From Orbicella franksi (taxonomy: Eukaryota), in assembly GCA_964199315.1 (NCBI GenBank), contig OZ116708.1, positions 6,138,001-6,202,000 of the forward strand: a DNA stretch of 64,000 nucleotides. Reading direction: 5' to 3'. Below are positions 39,001 to 54,000 of the stretch, piece after piece. The first letter of the stretch is position 1. Each line of letters opens with the position of its first letter. Position numbers and translations under genes: made by a program. The notes under the pieces are model-generated. The model worked only from the letters and a program-made list of their open reading frames with translations. It was not told where the DNA came from and did no database searches.

Positions 39001-42000
39001 GCCTAACCGACGAACCATTTAAGTAGTAGCCATCATTGCAAGAAAAATTACATTGAGTATTGTAAGGTTCCGATACCAAGTCAGTGCAGCCGGTCTTAAC
39101 TCCGTTTGTTGGACCTGGAAGAGTTGGACATCTTACAACTAACGAAAAATAAAATAACAAAGATATTACACATTAGCTTTGGGAACGCCTCTTACTCGTT
39201 TATACTGTAAAAATGGTATGAATGTTTCTCTTCTAATTTCCGCTTGGTTTTATAAAATATATATCAAACCTTGGCAATATGACGTTTGTCCACTCCAAGA
39301 CCCGTTTTCCAGGCATCGCCTTACTGGTGAGCCAGTCAGATTGTAGCCAACATTACATGAAAAGCTGCAATGTGTATCATAAGGTTCCGATGTGATGTCG
39401 CTACAGCCAGTCTTGACTCCATTTGTTGGAACTGGAAGTGACAGGCATCTTATAGCTACAGTAGGAACAATATAAACATGAAATTTCTAGCTGAGAGTTT
39501 TTCTTTTTTTTCACCTTTCATGTAGTCTTATATCACGTTTTAATAACGTCATTTCATGGCAGAGTAGACCTAAAATAATGCATTTATGTAACATTTACGG
39601 TTGCTGAAAACTCATGCTTCAAAACACAATCAAATCCCATTCATATACGCGCTTTAATAATAAGACTCCATTTTATTTTCGGCGAGTGGCTTGTTCACTG
39701 CATACTAAAAGTGAGCATTGATTGATATTGAAAAGGAAAACTGAATATTTTAATGGCATCCACGAATGACGTATGAACGCGATTTTTGTTGTGACTTGCC
39801 CTTAGGATGACATGGCATGACAAGACAGACCTCTACATATTGTAACATTCCGAAGAGATATCACTTGAGTGCTTCAAAGATATATTCTTTCTCGCATACC
39901 TTCGCAGCTAGGCAGAGGATTGTCCCAGTATCCCGGAGGCTTGTTACCCGGTGCAACACAAGTCAGCGTTGATGATCCGTTCAAGCGATAGCCAATCGTA
40001 CAAGAAAAGTTACATTTTACCCCAAAATGACTAGCACAGCTGCTCAGGCGTAGTGGAAGTCCGGGATCGACTGTTAAAGACGTGCAATTGATCACTGTTG
40101 ACATTTACAGAAAACTTGTTAGCATCATCTCTTGTCTTAATTGCAAGCACCTTTTCTACTTACTGATCTTTGCTTAAAGGCATGACAATTCTCTAGAAAC
40201 AAGTGCAAACCTTAACACAACCCTACCACAAGCATAAAACTAGAAAACATGTCTGATTCTCAATAGTCCTTATATGCAGTCCTTACATGTGAAACACATA
40301 CATGTGAGTTAGCTGGATAAATTTGGCATCATTTTTACCTCTGACGTCAATCGTGAAGGTACATGTGGCCTTGTTTCCTGATTGGTCAGCGGCAGTGTAT
40401 GTGATCACGTGAGTTCCCTGGCTGAATCTTTCAAACGGCTTGTGATTTGATGACACGGTGAGTAGAATTCTTGAGTTGTCAGTAGCAGCTGGCTCAGTCC
40501 AGTTCACTTCTGCTGAAAACAGATCGCGTTCTGCATACACTACTAACGGACTTGATGGACATGTCTCGCCGAATGTCGGAGGAAGAACGTCTGCAATATG
40601 AATAAGCTCTTCATTAGCAACGACTCTATGAACTGTTATAGTTTACATAATAAACAAAATTGTTCTCGCATTTTGATCGGTTCTCGCATATGATCTATTA
40701 GAGGACAGACACACGAATGACCTCATCATTGCAAAGTTTTACCCTCTGTGTTTTAGAATGGCGGAAAGTTTTGAGAATTTAGATAATGTTTTACTTGGCT
40801 GAACGGAAGATAAGGTAAAAAAAAAAAAGTTGTAAACAAATGATGATATAGTAATATATTTCCAAAGGTAGCAATTAAATGTAGACATGATGATAAATGA
40901 GAATGAAGCCATGACGCTACTGGAAAAATGACCTAAAAAAATGCAGGCTTTGATCCCGTTCCAAGCCTAAAGCCAGTTGTGTCATGGCGGCATTCGCGTC
41001 TATTATCATGCCTAAAAATGATAATATAGTTTGACAATCCGGACCTATACATAGGAAATGGCAAATCTAGCAAATTGTAGCAAATCTCTCTGTCCGTCCA
41101 TAAGTCCTTCCGTCCATCTGTCTGTCTGTGATTACATTAATGTCTCCGTGACAGCTCTTAAGAACTCTACTTTTTACAAAACTAGGCCTTGGTAACGAAA
41201 TGGGAGACGAAATAAATCGAATGAAAGAGAGGTTTCTCATTATCCCATTTCTTAATCACACGTATTAGGTCCCTTGATTAATATCCAAGTGTTTTGAAAA
41301 TGCTCCCATATTGTGACGATTATCAATCATCATCAAGAATTAAACCTTACCATTACACTGAGGCTGTGTTCCAGTCCATGTTCCATTGCTGTTACATGTC
41401 CTTGTTACTGATCCAGTCAGGACGTACCCCATATCACAAGAGAACCGACAGATTTCCCCTGGCAAATCGGAGCATGTCTCTAAATGTCCTTGGGTGGGCG
41501 CTGACAGCTGGGGGCAGCGGTTCACTGTGCCGAGAATCAAGTAACGAAATTTACATTTTTGAAGGTAACTTACGTATGCCTCTTAGATTTCGAATAGGAG
41601 TGTAATTTTGTGACGCTGAATAACTCGAGATCAGCTCTAAAACAATAATAAGCCACAAGGTTTGGAATACAGTGATAAGTGCGTTTGTGTACTGACACAC
41701 AACACCAGATACATTGCGTAACATTACGGTGAAAGAAGTAAATCACGATACAGATCTGAGACATTAAGATATAAGCGTGTTTAAAAAAAAACATGAGTTC
41801 TAAAAGCATGGTTTAGACTGTAGCGCAGAAAAGACTATAACGGAAGTACCAGAAAAGCAAGGGCAAAAAGTGAAGAAGAATCACCGGGACTGATCCATTA
41901 GTTAAAAATGCGTGGAATTAAACGTTGGGATAGAATTTAGTTTGGTAAATATTATTGAAAAAAAAAAATCTTATTTCCATGCTAGTTAATAAGATAATTA

Positions 42001-45000
42001 CGAGGCATTATCAGCAAAAAGTTACAATAAATTGTCAAAAGATACTACGATCCAAACCATTAAACATGGTGGGATTCTTTGCAGCACAAGACCTTACCTC
42101 CTTGACAAATAAAGGGGTCAGCAGGATTCAACTGTACTCCTTCTGGACAAGAGCATTGATGGCCTTGTGGATTTGGTAGACAAAGGTGGCTGCATCCTCC
42201 ATTTGACTGAGAGCAGTTGGTGGATCCTACGAGACCAGGCATTTAATTTGGTTTTCTTATTTACACTACACCTTAGAATATTGTGTATGCAAAGTTAAGG
42301 CTTGATTAAATTTCCAATTAGTTGTCATGTATTCTACCACAATTTCTTTTTCAGGGTAATAGTTAAGGGTAGTTTTGTAACTTTCACAGTATTACAAGAC
42401 AAAGGTGATATTAATTCAAGGAAGTGGCTCTCTTACAAACTGTACCTACGTCATGTCAGCTATAGCGCGGTTTCCAGCAGTGTCAAAGTGTCATTAAACC
42501 AAAACTAAGCCAATTACTTGCCAATTAGACAACTCAGCCGATCTCATGCCGTAGTAAAAACCAAAATCAAAACTAAAGTTATTGCCTGATTACTTTCGAT
42601 ACGCAAATAAAACGCAGCCTAACTAGAGTTGAATTACCTATTATTAAATATGGCCGTTTGTCATCAGGAACTCATAATTCAGTTAGTTTATTCGCCGGTA
42701 TTTAGTTTGTCCTTAAGGCTGGCTTTAAATTACGCAACTTGCCGTCAGCTGTCAGTAAAATATGTACACTCCCTTTCTTTAAAAACGCTGGCTAGAAAAT
42801 AGTTGTGGACAACTAAACGGAACCTGCATACCGTTAAAAGTCTCCGTGCTATCATAAATGTGCAGCTCCATTAGGGTTCCCATTCCACGAGAAACGACTT
42901 CTGTTACAGAAGATGTCATGTTGTATTTGTGAATGCTTTGGCTGTTCCAATCAGACCAGTACAGAACGTCATTATATAGGGCGAGTCCAAAAGGGTGCTT
43001 ATCCAACGATAAATCCAGCATCAGTGCTCGGTTATTTCCTTGTAGGTCCACCCTCTCAATCCTATCGAGGTTCGCATCGCACCAGTACAGCATCCTACCT
43101 TGGTAATCCATAGCGAGCGAGTTTACCCACACAAGTCCGGAACTAACGAGAGTTGTCCTGTTAGAACCGTCCATGTTGGCTTGTTCAATCCTTGACGATG
43201 ATCCCCGACTGCCCCAATACATCTTTCTGAAAGGATAATTTAACATTTTCTTATAAGTCATTGTGCAGAGAGAGTGTCCTACAATAATTTCGCGATACAG
43301 AAATTGTATTCAAGTGCAAATAATAATATCTTTCCAATTTTTTTTTTTTTGATATTATACATATCGATAGCCCGAGCAAGTTCGATTTGCCACTAGATAT
43401 CTGGATATTTGCAAATGAATCTCCCGAAAATCTCTCAGAGACTGCCAAATACCCTCCGTACACAACCTGCCTTTTCCAAAGACTTACCACCATTCTCCAC
43501 GTAGCCCGACTCCAATTTTATTACCATACAGAAAAATAACAGTAGCTATAAGAGAGACTTAACCTGATAATATTGTTCTGTATGAAATATCCACATTTAT
43601 AAATGGAAACAAATAAACGTCTGAGTAAATACGTATTACCGTGGCTTCTTAGATTACCTTTCTGCAATATCGAGTAGTATAGCTCTTGGCTGTTCAATGC
43701 TTGATGTGATTAGACCCCTTCTAGACGACCCATCTAACTTTGCCACCTCAATTCTACTTGTTCCCTCATCTGTCCAGTAAATATTACGTCCAACATAATC
43801 TACTGCCAGTCCTCCAGGAGTAGTAACATTAGTGTGCGCGATGACTTTGACTGAAGACCCGTTAGGAAATGAACTGGCCACCAGTTTTAACGTCACATCT
43901 GTCCAATAAACCTTTCCTTCGACCGGATCGTAATCAACAGCCACGGGCCTTGATATGTTTGTGTTAATTCCAAGCGGATAGCAAGGGGTTTCTGGTATTT
44001 GAAGAGGAACTTTGTAAATTTCTTCCGCATCCGCTTCAGCAAAGATGATAAATTTATTCGAAGTTATCTTGTGAAACAATTCTTGTACAAAGAATGAAAA
44101 CAGAGAGTATACGTGTGAGTATGCGAGAGATCTAAATATTAATAACCAGTCAGTTTGTCTTACTCGATCCACATGCCAAGCCAACTGGTATCGGGAAGAA
44201 CCAAGGCTGTTTCTTTTCATCTTAGTAATTTTTATTAAAACTACAGAGCAGTAGATCGCTCTCACCATAATCACAGCTTTTCCCATCATGCTTAAGTTGA
44301 ATGCCTGTTGGACACGCGCACTGATATCCTTCTGGATTTAGAAGACACAAATCACTGCAGAGGCCATTGTTTTGAGCGCAAGCATGGGAACCTGAAGATG
44401 CAAAACAAACACTTTTTATCTTACCGACTCAGTAAGTGGCAGAGAAAAAAAATCAGAAAACTTCTTATGAAGTGATACTTGGAGATAAGATATTAACAAG
44501 ATACCTGAAAATATCAAGGCTGGATCAAATACGTGAATATCCACAGGTTTTTGAAGGCCATTGATTACGATTTCCAGGTTTCCACTGCTTAAGTTGAAAC
44601 GTGAAACGCTCTTGGTATTCCAATCAGTCCAGTAAAGCATGTCCTGATACACCGCTAGTCCATAAGGATGAATATTAGCTGCAGATGACATGATTAACTG
44701 TCTGTTTCCTCCATCGAGGTCTGATACCTCGATTTTGTCAAGTTTAGCGTCAGCCCAAAACACGCGATTTGTCGCTTGGTGGATGGTGAGTCCATTTGGC
44801 CAGACAAGGTTTCCTGTTACAATGGTTCGCCTCGCTGAGCCATCCATCCCAGCTTGTTCGATCTTCGGATTGGCGCCCCAGTCTGTCCAATACATCATGC
44901 TGAAAGCAACCCAACGGAATCCTAACATAACTGCATCTTTAAAACTTACTACACTCTTTTTTTTTATAGCAGAACATTTAATAAGTATATCGAGGTTAAA

Positions 45001-48000
45001 AGCAGCGAAATATTTAGAATATTTTAAGAATAAACCCGAGGCTGCGATTTTGAAAAAAAGTACTGTTTTTTTGCTAAAAAATTTGTAAATGCATTACAAC
45101 TATATTCATTTTTTAACTCAACTATGGAAATTCTGCCTAGCTTTCTGTAAAGAGTGAAGATAGCCAAAAGAAAAATAATAAAACAAAACAGTGTTAGCCC
45201 TTTGTTCGACGCTAACAACATTTCTGGCTTTATTGCCTTCAGTCTGGCTTCAAGCTTACTTCAACAGCACTTAATTATAAGTCCAATCAAAGCGTCGCAT
45301 GCTAAGAATATTCACAAAAATATTTTCAGCCCAAAATCAGCAGAATATGAATAGTTAAATATGAATAGTTAAATATGAATAGTTAAATATGAATAGTTAA
45401 ACATAAATAGTTAAATATGAATAATCAGACGGGCTACGACAGAAAAACAATATCTTTGTTGCAACACGTTTTGCAATATTCAGAAAAATTCTACGACGAA
45501 TTTATAAATACCCAGGAGATATGTTGACATATTTTCAGAAGCCCCTGAGTGTGATATAAAGATTACTTCATGGAAAGTGCGCGCATACGGTATTTACGGA
45601 CGAGTTGTTGACCTATCAGAAAACGGAAGAGTCAGCGTAGCTAACGGGTGAGAATTCTGATACAAAAACAACGAATGCGTAAATACCGTAGAAAGGACTT
45701 TTCATGCTGTAATTTGTTTATTTTATGCATACTGAGATTTTCATTTTCAACTTTCTAATAAAATCTATTTGCTTTTTTATTCAGTAGAACAATACTCAAG
45801 TTATGTTTTTATTCAATCTGGACGCAAGCACTGTGTCGCATCTTCGAAAGCCTTTCTTACAGAGTGTTTACCTCTTCATCAGTCGACGCTTCAGCTGCTT
45901 TTGAATTGTTTTCTGTGCCTTAATTGTTTTTTTTTTAGTTTTTTGCTTCAAGCTTCTAGATATTTCCTTGCTTGGTAAAATTCTTTGTGGTCGATAATGT
46001 TTACGGGATAATTGCCTTCTTTAAAAACCGGCTCATACTTGAAAAGAGCCCTCGAAGGCTTGGTAGATAGATAGATAACTTTATTTTAACTCGGGTTGGT
46101 GAGGCTGATTTGGCCTCTAGTGGCTCTTGGTGGCTCGTAATCCTCGCCATCTTTTCGTTTGACTTCAAAATAAATTCCCACAGGTACTTGTTAAGTTTAT
46201 CTGGTTTGATTTCTTCAACTTTTCTTCTCTATTCTTTCTGTTTGAGGAATAGGGTAAAGCAAGCCAACTTCGAGCCAGGTGTTTGCCCTAGTGCATTTGT
46301 TCTGCTGTTCTTCGGTGGGTTCACCTAAAGGGATGAACCTATTCGAACTTTCCGCCATTCAGAGATTGTCTGTGGTTCATTGCTAATTTGCAAGAAACTT
46401 GTGGAAACTTGTGGAAACTCTGCAAACTTTCATGAAGGAATATTGAAGGGACGCCAAAAGCAATGTGACGCGCTGCGAACTAACTGATTCATTTTGACAG
46501 CTAATTTCTGACTGGATGAAACGGCTTTCCCACGCGCGTGGGAGAAAGGCGTTTCGCTATTGCGATTGGATAAAGAAAGTTCCGGATGGGTTTTTAATGC
46601 GAATGAATCTATCTGAAAATAAAGACGATGTTCACAATTTAGTTGAATTTGGTTCTGGGATGTAAAGGTTTCGGATCAATCGACTCCAGCAATAGACGAT
46701 CGGAACTGTCGTTCAAAGTTCGCAGGAAATTTGTCTTCCTTGAAATTTTGTTCTTCGCCAACATTCTTCGAATTTCCCCCACGTTCATCGCAACTGTCTT
46801 TGCCGGTTATCAGCTACCAACTATTTATAAAGAATCCTGTTAATACAAAGTTTATTTTGCGTTATTACTTGCCCAGTACCAACTGGTCTTTTTTCTTTAT
46901 TTTTTCTCTTTATATATCCCCTTAGGTGTTTTTTAACTTGGCTGCCTATTGGTTTGAGGTCACATTCAGATAATATTTTTTTCGAGGGGAATGTTTACCG
47001 CATAATACGTAGCCACGTAATACCACTCATCGCTCCCGACCAAACTGGCTTTCGCAAACCAGGCCAGAAGCGATGACAAGCAGCTCAAGCTAAAGAGCTT
47101 GGGAAACCCCATTAAATATCTTACTTTTTTCTGTTAATGAAGACGCTGGAAGTTACTTTGCAGTCTAATCGCATTTGACTTACCCATTTCTCTCATCAAG
47201 CAAGATCGCCCTCGGCTCATCAAGTCCATCTTTGATCAACAGTTTCCTGCTTGTTCCATCAAGCCGAGCCACTTCAATCCTATTGGTCCCTGTATCAGTC
47301 CAGTAAATGTTTCGTCCCACATGGTCGATGGCTAAGCCGTCTGGAGTTTGTACATTACAGCGAAACAACATCTTCACTGAAGTTGCGTTAGAAAAAGCGC
47401 TGATGATACGACCTTGCGCAACGTCCGACCAGTACACCCGATCCTCGAGAGGGTCATAGTCCAATGCAATAGGATGCTGATTTCCAAGGTGGATAAACAA
47501 CGTTTGTGCAACGAAATAGCTGACGTCCAAGGAAATTTTCTTAGTGGACTGGTCGGCGCCATCAGTAAACAGAAGAAACTTGTTCACCTCTACAATTTAA
47601 GTGACATGCAAGGTTATTATACGGTTTAAAAAGTCCTAACTTATAGGCATTATTCCGAAGTGTTTTGATACTAATTGTTAGAAGACATTTACTTTTGTGG
47701 GATTCCCATAGCGTTTTCAGGTGAGTTCGACCTGATCATTATTCCAAGATGGCGGCCGAAACTGGTGAAGAATTGCAAATGGTAAGCACATTTTCCATTC
47801 GGATATTTCGATTGGGAATTTTAAACAACCTTTCAAAATGTTCTGTCTATTTTTGAAATTTTCCGATTGGTCGAGGCAAAGTTGTCTTAGCACTTACATT
47901 CTGACCAAAAATTTCTAGATTTTTGAAAGGTAATGCTAAAAGGTAAACCACTCCTATCACCAACGCTACAGGTTCTCTCCCAGCGAGGAGAGAGGCATTG

Positions 48001-51000
48001 TGGGAGTTAACTTCTTTGCTCAAGAACACGATAAAAGGACCCCGCAAGAGCTCGACTCCGGAATAATTAATTCGGAGGATATAAGGCTAACCTTCGGATC
48101 ACCGAGTATTATAGTCTTGTTGTTCATGTTTTGTTATCATGAAAAATATGCTTTTGCTCCAGATGCTTGGCGAAAACGAAGCTTAACAGAAAAAAACTTA
48201 CTGTCTTCGCATGTCTTGCCATCTTTCTTCACAGTCAAACCAGTTGGACAAGAACATTGGCTACCAGAGGATTTTGCTACACAGAAATGACTGCATCCTC
48301 CATTGTTTACGGTGCAAGGGTTTGAAGCTTTAAAAAGACACAAAAAGAACGTTTAATTTTAGTACAGTGCAGAAACAGTTGGGGTACCGTGTTTGTAGAA
48401 ACGCGGATCTCGTAGAAACGATCACGAACTGAAATATGATAATAAACTCTGACTTCTTGCAATTGTCAGTGACCAGTGTTCTTCTCCTGTGTTTCGAGGC
48501 CTAATATTGACGCCCCTGGTCGCCAAATCGGCATTAGGTACTGGGGAAAAGACGAAGGATTCTTTCGTAATATTTGTATTACAATTTACAAAGATTGTTA
48601 AAAGACTTATTGAGATGAAGACTGGTCCCATATAAAACATGAGTGAATTCGTGAGCCTATGATGGCCCTATAAATTTGGCCCTTTCTTTTTATTGTGACT
48701 TAATGTATAATTATTTGTTACAATGCCGGGCGCTGCTTTAATCAGCCTACGCTATACGTGGGCAGTGTAAGTTGTAATTTGTTAGGGAAATAAATAAAAC
48801 TGTAATAAACTGTAATAAAACTGTATAAATACCTGAAGGTTGACGGGAGCTGTCGTATGGTACAATACCCATAGGCTGTCCGCCATTGACACTGAAACTT
48901 CGTAGCACGTGTCCAGTGGCAGCGTCCAACTGATGAACCTCTTTTTGTGCAACCCAGTCAGTAAAAAACAGGAAAGGAGGAATTAGCGCAACGTCAAACG
49001 GATGTAAGTACTGTTGCTGGTAAAGAAGCTTTCTGTCGTTGCCATTGTAGTCGACGGATTCCACCCTGTCATGTCCTGCATCCACCCAAAATATTCGTTT
49101 ATTTCCTCTGTCAAGCTCAATACCATTGGGCCAATGAAGATTGGTTGTTACGATGGCGAGTCTTTGGCTACCGCTAAGCGAAGCTCGTTCGATTTTGGGA
49201 TTAACTCCCCAGTCCGTCCAGATCATTAAGCCGCTATCCAGATCCAGGTTTATTGCTCTGGGCTCATCAAGGCTGAATGAAATTAACCTACGTTGGTTAT
49301 TACCATCTAGGTCTGATACTGATATGGTGTCATTCGTCGTATCAGTCCAATACAGCTCTAATGCTCTCCAATCCACCGCCAGTCCATCACAAACTCCAAT
49401 ACCAGTGATAATTGTAGTCGTGCTTGCGACGTCAATGCGGAAACGTTTGATATTTTGTTCTGTTACATCACTCCAGAATATGTAACCCAAACTGAAATGG
49501 ACATCCATGGCAACAGCTCGTGTTAAACCCGAAATTATGGAACGAGCTGCTCCAGTTTTATAGTCGATGGCTAAAATATCCGAAGTGTTTGATGCCAACA
49601 AACATGGTGGACTGCATAAAGTGGCTATAAACCGAAAAATATAAGATAAAAGTGAAGTAAAATGTATCGAGCTGTATCGAAACTGACACATGACGATATT
49701 TAAATATTTGCTAGTGATTGAAAAATAAATTACTTAAATAAAAACCGACATGACAACATTCCTTGTTCACTTTGGCCACACGTCTTAAGTGGCCAACTAG
49801 AATGTAAAAACTACGAGGTGCAAATTTGTAAAATTTGACATCTGCGTTCTGTTAATCAGCTGACATCTCCGCTTCGCACAGATCTTTCAATTCCATCAGC
49901 TAGCTGCACAAAGCCATTAGAAAGTTATCAAAAAGATGCCAAACTAGTCAAACTTGCCAGGTAGATGGCTAATTAGTGAAAAGCTTTCCGAAAAAAGCTG
50001 TCGCAATAATGAGAAAATCATCATCTCAACTATAATCGCTATATTTGCCATGGTTTATAGTATGAATACAACCTGAAGCCATGCCTTATAGCCAGCTCAC
50101 TTAAAATATCAACTTATTTTATTTCATTATGGCCCGGCACATATTCTCATTCTAACAATAGTTTCGTTACTCTATTAGACTATCGGGTCTTTGTACATTG
50201 ATTTATTGGCGGCAGATTAGCTTGAACAATCTCTCATTTTAGGTATCAACACGACGTATGTTTCGCCTCTTACCTTGACAAAAAGGCGATTCTCCTCTCC
50301 AAGTTCCGTTTTCCCGGCATTGCCTGACCGACGATCCAATTAAGTAGAAGCCGTTATTGCAGGAAAAATTACATTGAGTATTGTAAGGCTCCGATACCAA
50401 GTCGGTACAGCCAGTCTTAACGCCATTTGCTGGACCTTGAAGAGTTGGGCATCTTACAACTAAGAGAAATAAAAAAGCAAAGATATTGCACATAAGCTTT
50501 GTGAGGGCCTCTTATTCGTTTTCGGTATAAACGTTTCCCTTCTAATTTCACCTTGTTTTGTAATTTATGTATATATTATACATATATGTATTTCTGTTTA
50601 TCATACTTTGGCAGTATGAACTTTGTCCACTCCAAGACCCGTCTTTCAGGCAGCGCCTTATTGGTGAGCCAGTCAGATTGTAGCCAACATTACATGAAAA
50701 ACTGCAATATGTATCATAAGGTTCCGATGTGATGTCGCTACAGCCGTTCTTGACACCATTTGTTGGAACTGGAAGTGACAGGCATCTTATAGCTACAGTA
50801 GGAACAATATAAATGTAAAATGCTTGAGTTTCTTGGACTTTCCGCATATTAACTTACATGACATCTTAATAACGTCACTTGACAACAGAATGGACGTAAA
50901 AATTGCAACAGTAACAAATTGCTAACAACTTTTGTGTAAAGAAATACAAAATCCCCTTCAAATACTCGCTATTGTACGGGACGGTGATGTAAATTGTTCG

Positions 51001-54000
51001 CTACAGGCTGAAAGTCAACATTAATTGGTTTAGAACAGAAAAATAAACGCCACATGCATTCGCGAAGACGCAATAATAAGTTGCTTATGACTATTTCATT
51101 CAAATCAGTTGAAATGACAACACATGAAGAAACAGAAGTCTACATATTGTATCATTCCAAAATATATGTCTTGAATGCTTCGAAGGTATATTCTTTTCGC
51201 GTACCTTCGCAGCTAGGCAAAGGATTGTCCCAGTATCCTGGAGGTTTGTTACTCGGGGCAACACAAGTCACTGTTGATGATCCATTCAAACGATAACCAA
51301 TCGTACAAGAAAAGTTACATGTTGCTCCAAAATGATTGTCACAGCTGCTCATGTGCAGTGGAAGTCCTGGATCAACTGTCAAAGAGGTGCAATTGATCAC
51401 TGTGGAAATATACAACAAACATGTGAGCATCATTTCTTGTCTTAGTTACGAACACTTTTTCTACTCACCTATCTTAGCTTTTAAAAATTAAGTAAATGTA
51501 GTCAGGAGATGACATAGTCGATAAAGGTTCCGTTTTTTGTCCCTGACTTGTATATTTTAGGAAGACGTTTCGGCTAACTCTTAAGCTTTCATCAGTTGAA
51601 AAACCGCTTGATGTTTCGCGCAATTTAATTTTTTTAAAATAGAAACGTTGCGCGTGCTGTGTGATCGTGACTCGAGAGAATTTTAAGTGCGTGCTAAGCA
51701 CTTGTAGACTTCATACAAGTCAGTGACAAAAACCAGCACCTTTATCTTAGCTTTTCTTTGCATGTTCACTCAACCGCCACTACCAGCATAGAGCTGGCAA
51801 GCATATCTGTATGGTCTGCAACAGTCCTTATAGATTATGCCTATTCTTTTGTATACACACATGCGTGTGAATTAGCTGAATAAAATTGGTATCATTTTTA
51901 CCTCTAACATCAATGGTGAAGGTGCAAGTGGCCTTGTTTCCTGATTGGTCAGCGGTAGTGTATGTGATTATGTGAGTTCCCTGGCTGAATCTTTCAAACG
52001 GTTTGTGATTTGATGACATGCTAAGCAGAACTCCTGAGTTGTCAGTAGCAGCTGGCTCAGTCCAGTTCACTTCTGCTGAAAACAGACCGCGTTCTGCATA
52101 CACTACTAACGGACTTGATGGACATGTCGCGTCGAATATCGGAGGTAGAACGTCTGCAATATTGACGAGCTCATCATTAGATACAACGTTGTTGAGAATT
52201 TTATATCATCATACTTATGTATTGTTTATTCCTGAAATTATTGCTTCCTTTTTAGGCTTTTCTCCATACTACATTGTCTGTGTTAAGTAATTGAGCAAAG
52301 ACTACATGAGTCTGACTAAAGATGTCCAAGTTTCAAATTACTGACCATGTTAATCCCCAAATGGTACTTTACTTTCACTTTTTCCAGTTACTGAGCGCAA
52401 AAATATTGTACCACACACTCTAAGTGATTTTATAGGCCTACAAAAGTAATCAACGAAGATGCACTGACTGCAAGACTGAAATTGGGTATGCTAATTAGAT
52501 ATAGCTCGTTTTCTCTCATGTGGATCACGTGGAGAACAGCCATGCAAATTTATTGGAATGAAGGAATATGTTTTCTAACGAAAAAAGTTAATCTCCAACA
52601 GGATCGGTGTGGTAAACCACCACGATCACAGATTCACTGTTTTGGTAGACCAATAGGGCTTCGTTCACGTCACGTGAAAATACTCTATCCTTAAATAATG
52701 ATTTCAAGGAGTGGGCGATCTGGCCAGTACCCAAAATACCCCAGACTATAATCCGGGATATTACTCTATCTATTTCGATGTATGGATACCTGTACAATTG
52801 ATTGGGTTCCCACTCCATTGGCCAGACTGCAAACACGTTGTGCTAACATTTCCAGCTAGGCTGGCATATCCACTTCGGCATCCCAATACACAGCTTGATC
52901 CATAGGTATTGCCACAGGAAAGGGTAAGCAGAATCGCCCCTGGAGGAATGTTTACAGGGCCGCAGCTGTGAGCTTGGTAACAAACAAATTGTCATGTTAA
53001 AACATCTTTAAATAATGTGATTAGATTAAATTTCTTAACTATTAGAGCATGCAATGAACAGCTTTTAAACGGGTTACGACAAACTAAACTGAGACAGAAA
53101 TATGCAAATTAAGGCGTACTTAAATGGCACAACAGAAAATAATGGAACTTTAATTTTCAAGATTGAATAATATTTAAACAGAATAAGAATCAGACAAGCT
53201 TCTAACTCAAGAGTAAATTTTACCTATACATAAAAAATCTTGGCCACTCCAAGTTCCATCTCCTTGGCATTGTCTTGACGAAGAGCCATACCCATTGAAG
53301 CCAACGTTACAGGAAAACAGACAGACAGTGTTGTAATACTCTAATGCTGTTCCTGAGCAATTCTGGCGGATGCCATAGGAGGGGGCTGGTAGGGCTGAGC
53401 ACGTGATAGCTATGGAAACAAAAATATATATTACATGTAAGACCTTGATATCGTTTACTTCCTGAGTATTCCGCTACATTCTGCACAATTGATATTAGTG
53501 TAAACTGAAAACAGTTGGCGTGATTACGTCAATATAAGTACGATATGAGAAATACAGAAGCCATACTTCCCAAGGGTCGGTTCAGAACCGATGTCTTTAA
53601 ATTCTCATTTTTTAATCGCAGTTTGGAATTATGGAATCGCCTGACTGTAGCCATCAGGGCAATTTATCAATTATAATTGTTTAGTTAGAAAGTGAATCTG
53701 CTTTATATTATTATTCTTATTTATTTATTTTTTTCGTTTCCTGATTACCTATTGTTGTTGTGATTCGTCTATATTAGTATTTTATATATTTTATGTCTTA
53801 TCTCAGGCAGTTTCTTTAAAATAAGGAATCTAGGATTCTGCATAAACTGCCCTAATTCTTTGTATCATTTTATTTTGATCATCTGTGTAATTGAATTTGA
53901 GTAAATCAATTAATCAATCAATCAATCAATCATTCAGATCAATCAATTAGTTAAACATACCTTATGTATTACCTACCTTGACAACTAGGTAAAGGACTGT

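Larger units (their letters stand above)
41015..52310. repeat. segmental duplicate, copy 2
   Basis: Collinear with copy 1, including intronic repeats; visibly >90% identical over the propeller exons and their introns, lower toward the Sushi/HYR ends. Confidence 0.9.

Noticed and set aside
25112-49485. Plus-strand ORFs overlapping propeller exons (e.g. 25,112, 26,851, 31,163, 31,290, 42,913, 44,690, 49,014, 49,141)
   Set aside because: These are antisense shadows of real minus-strand exons and are duplicated only because the exons are.
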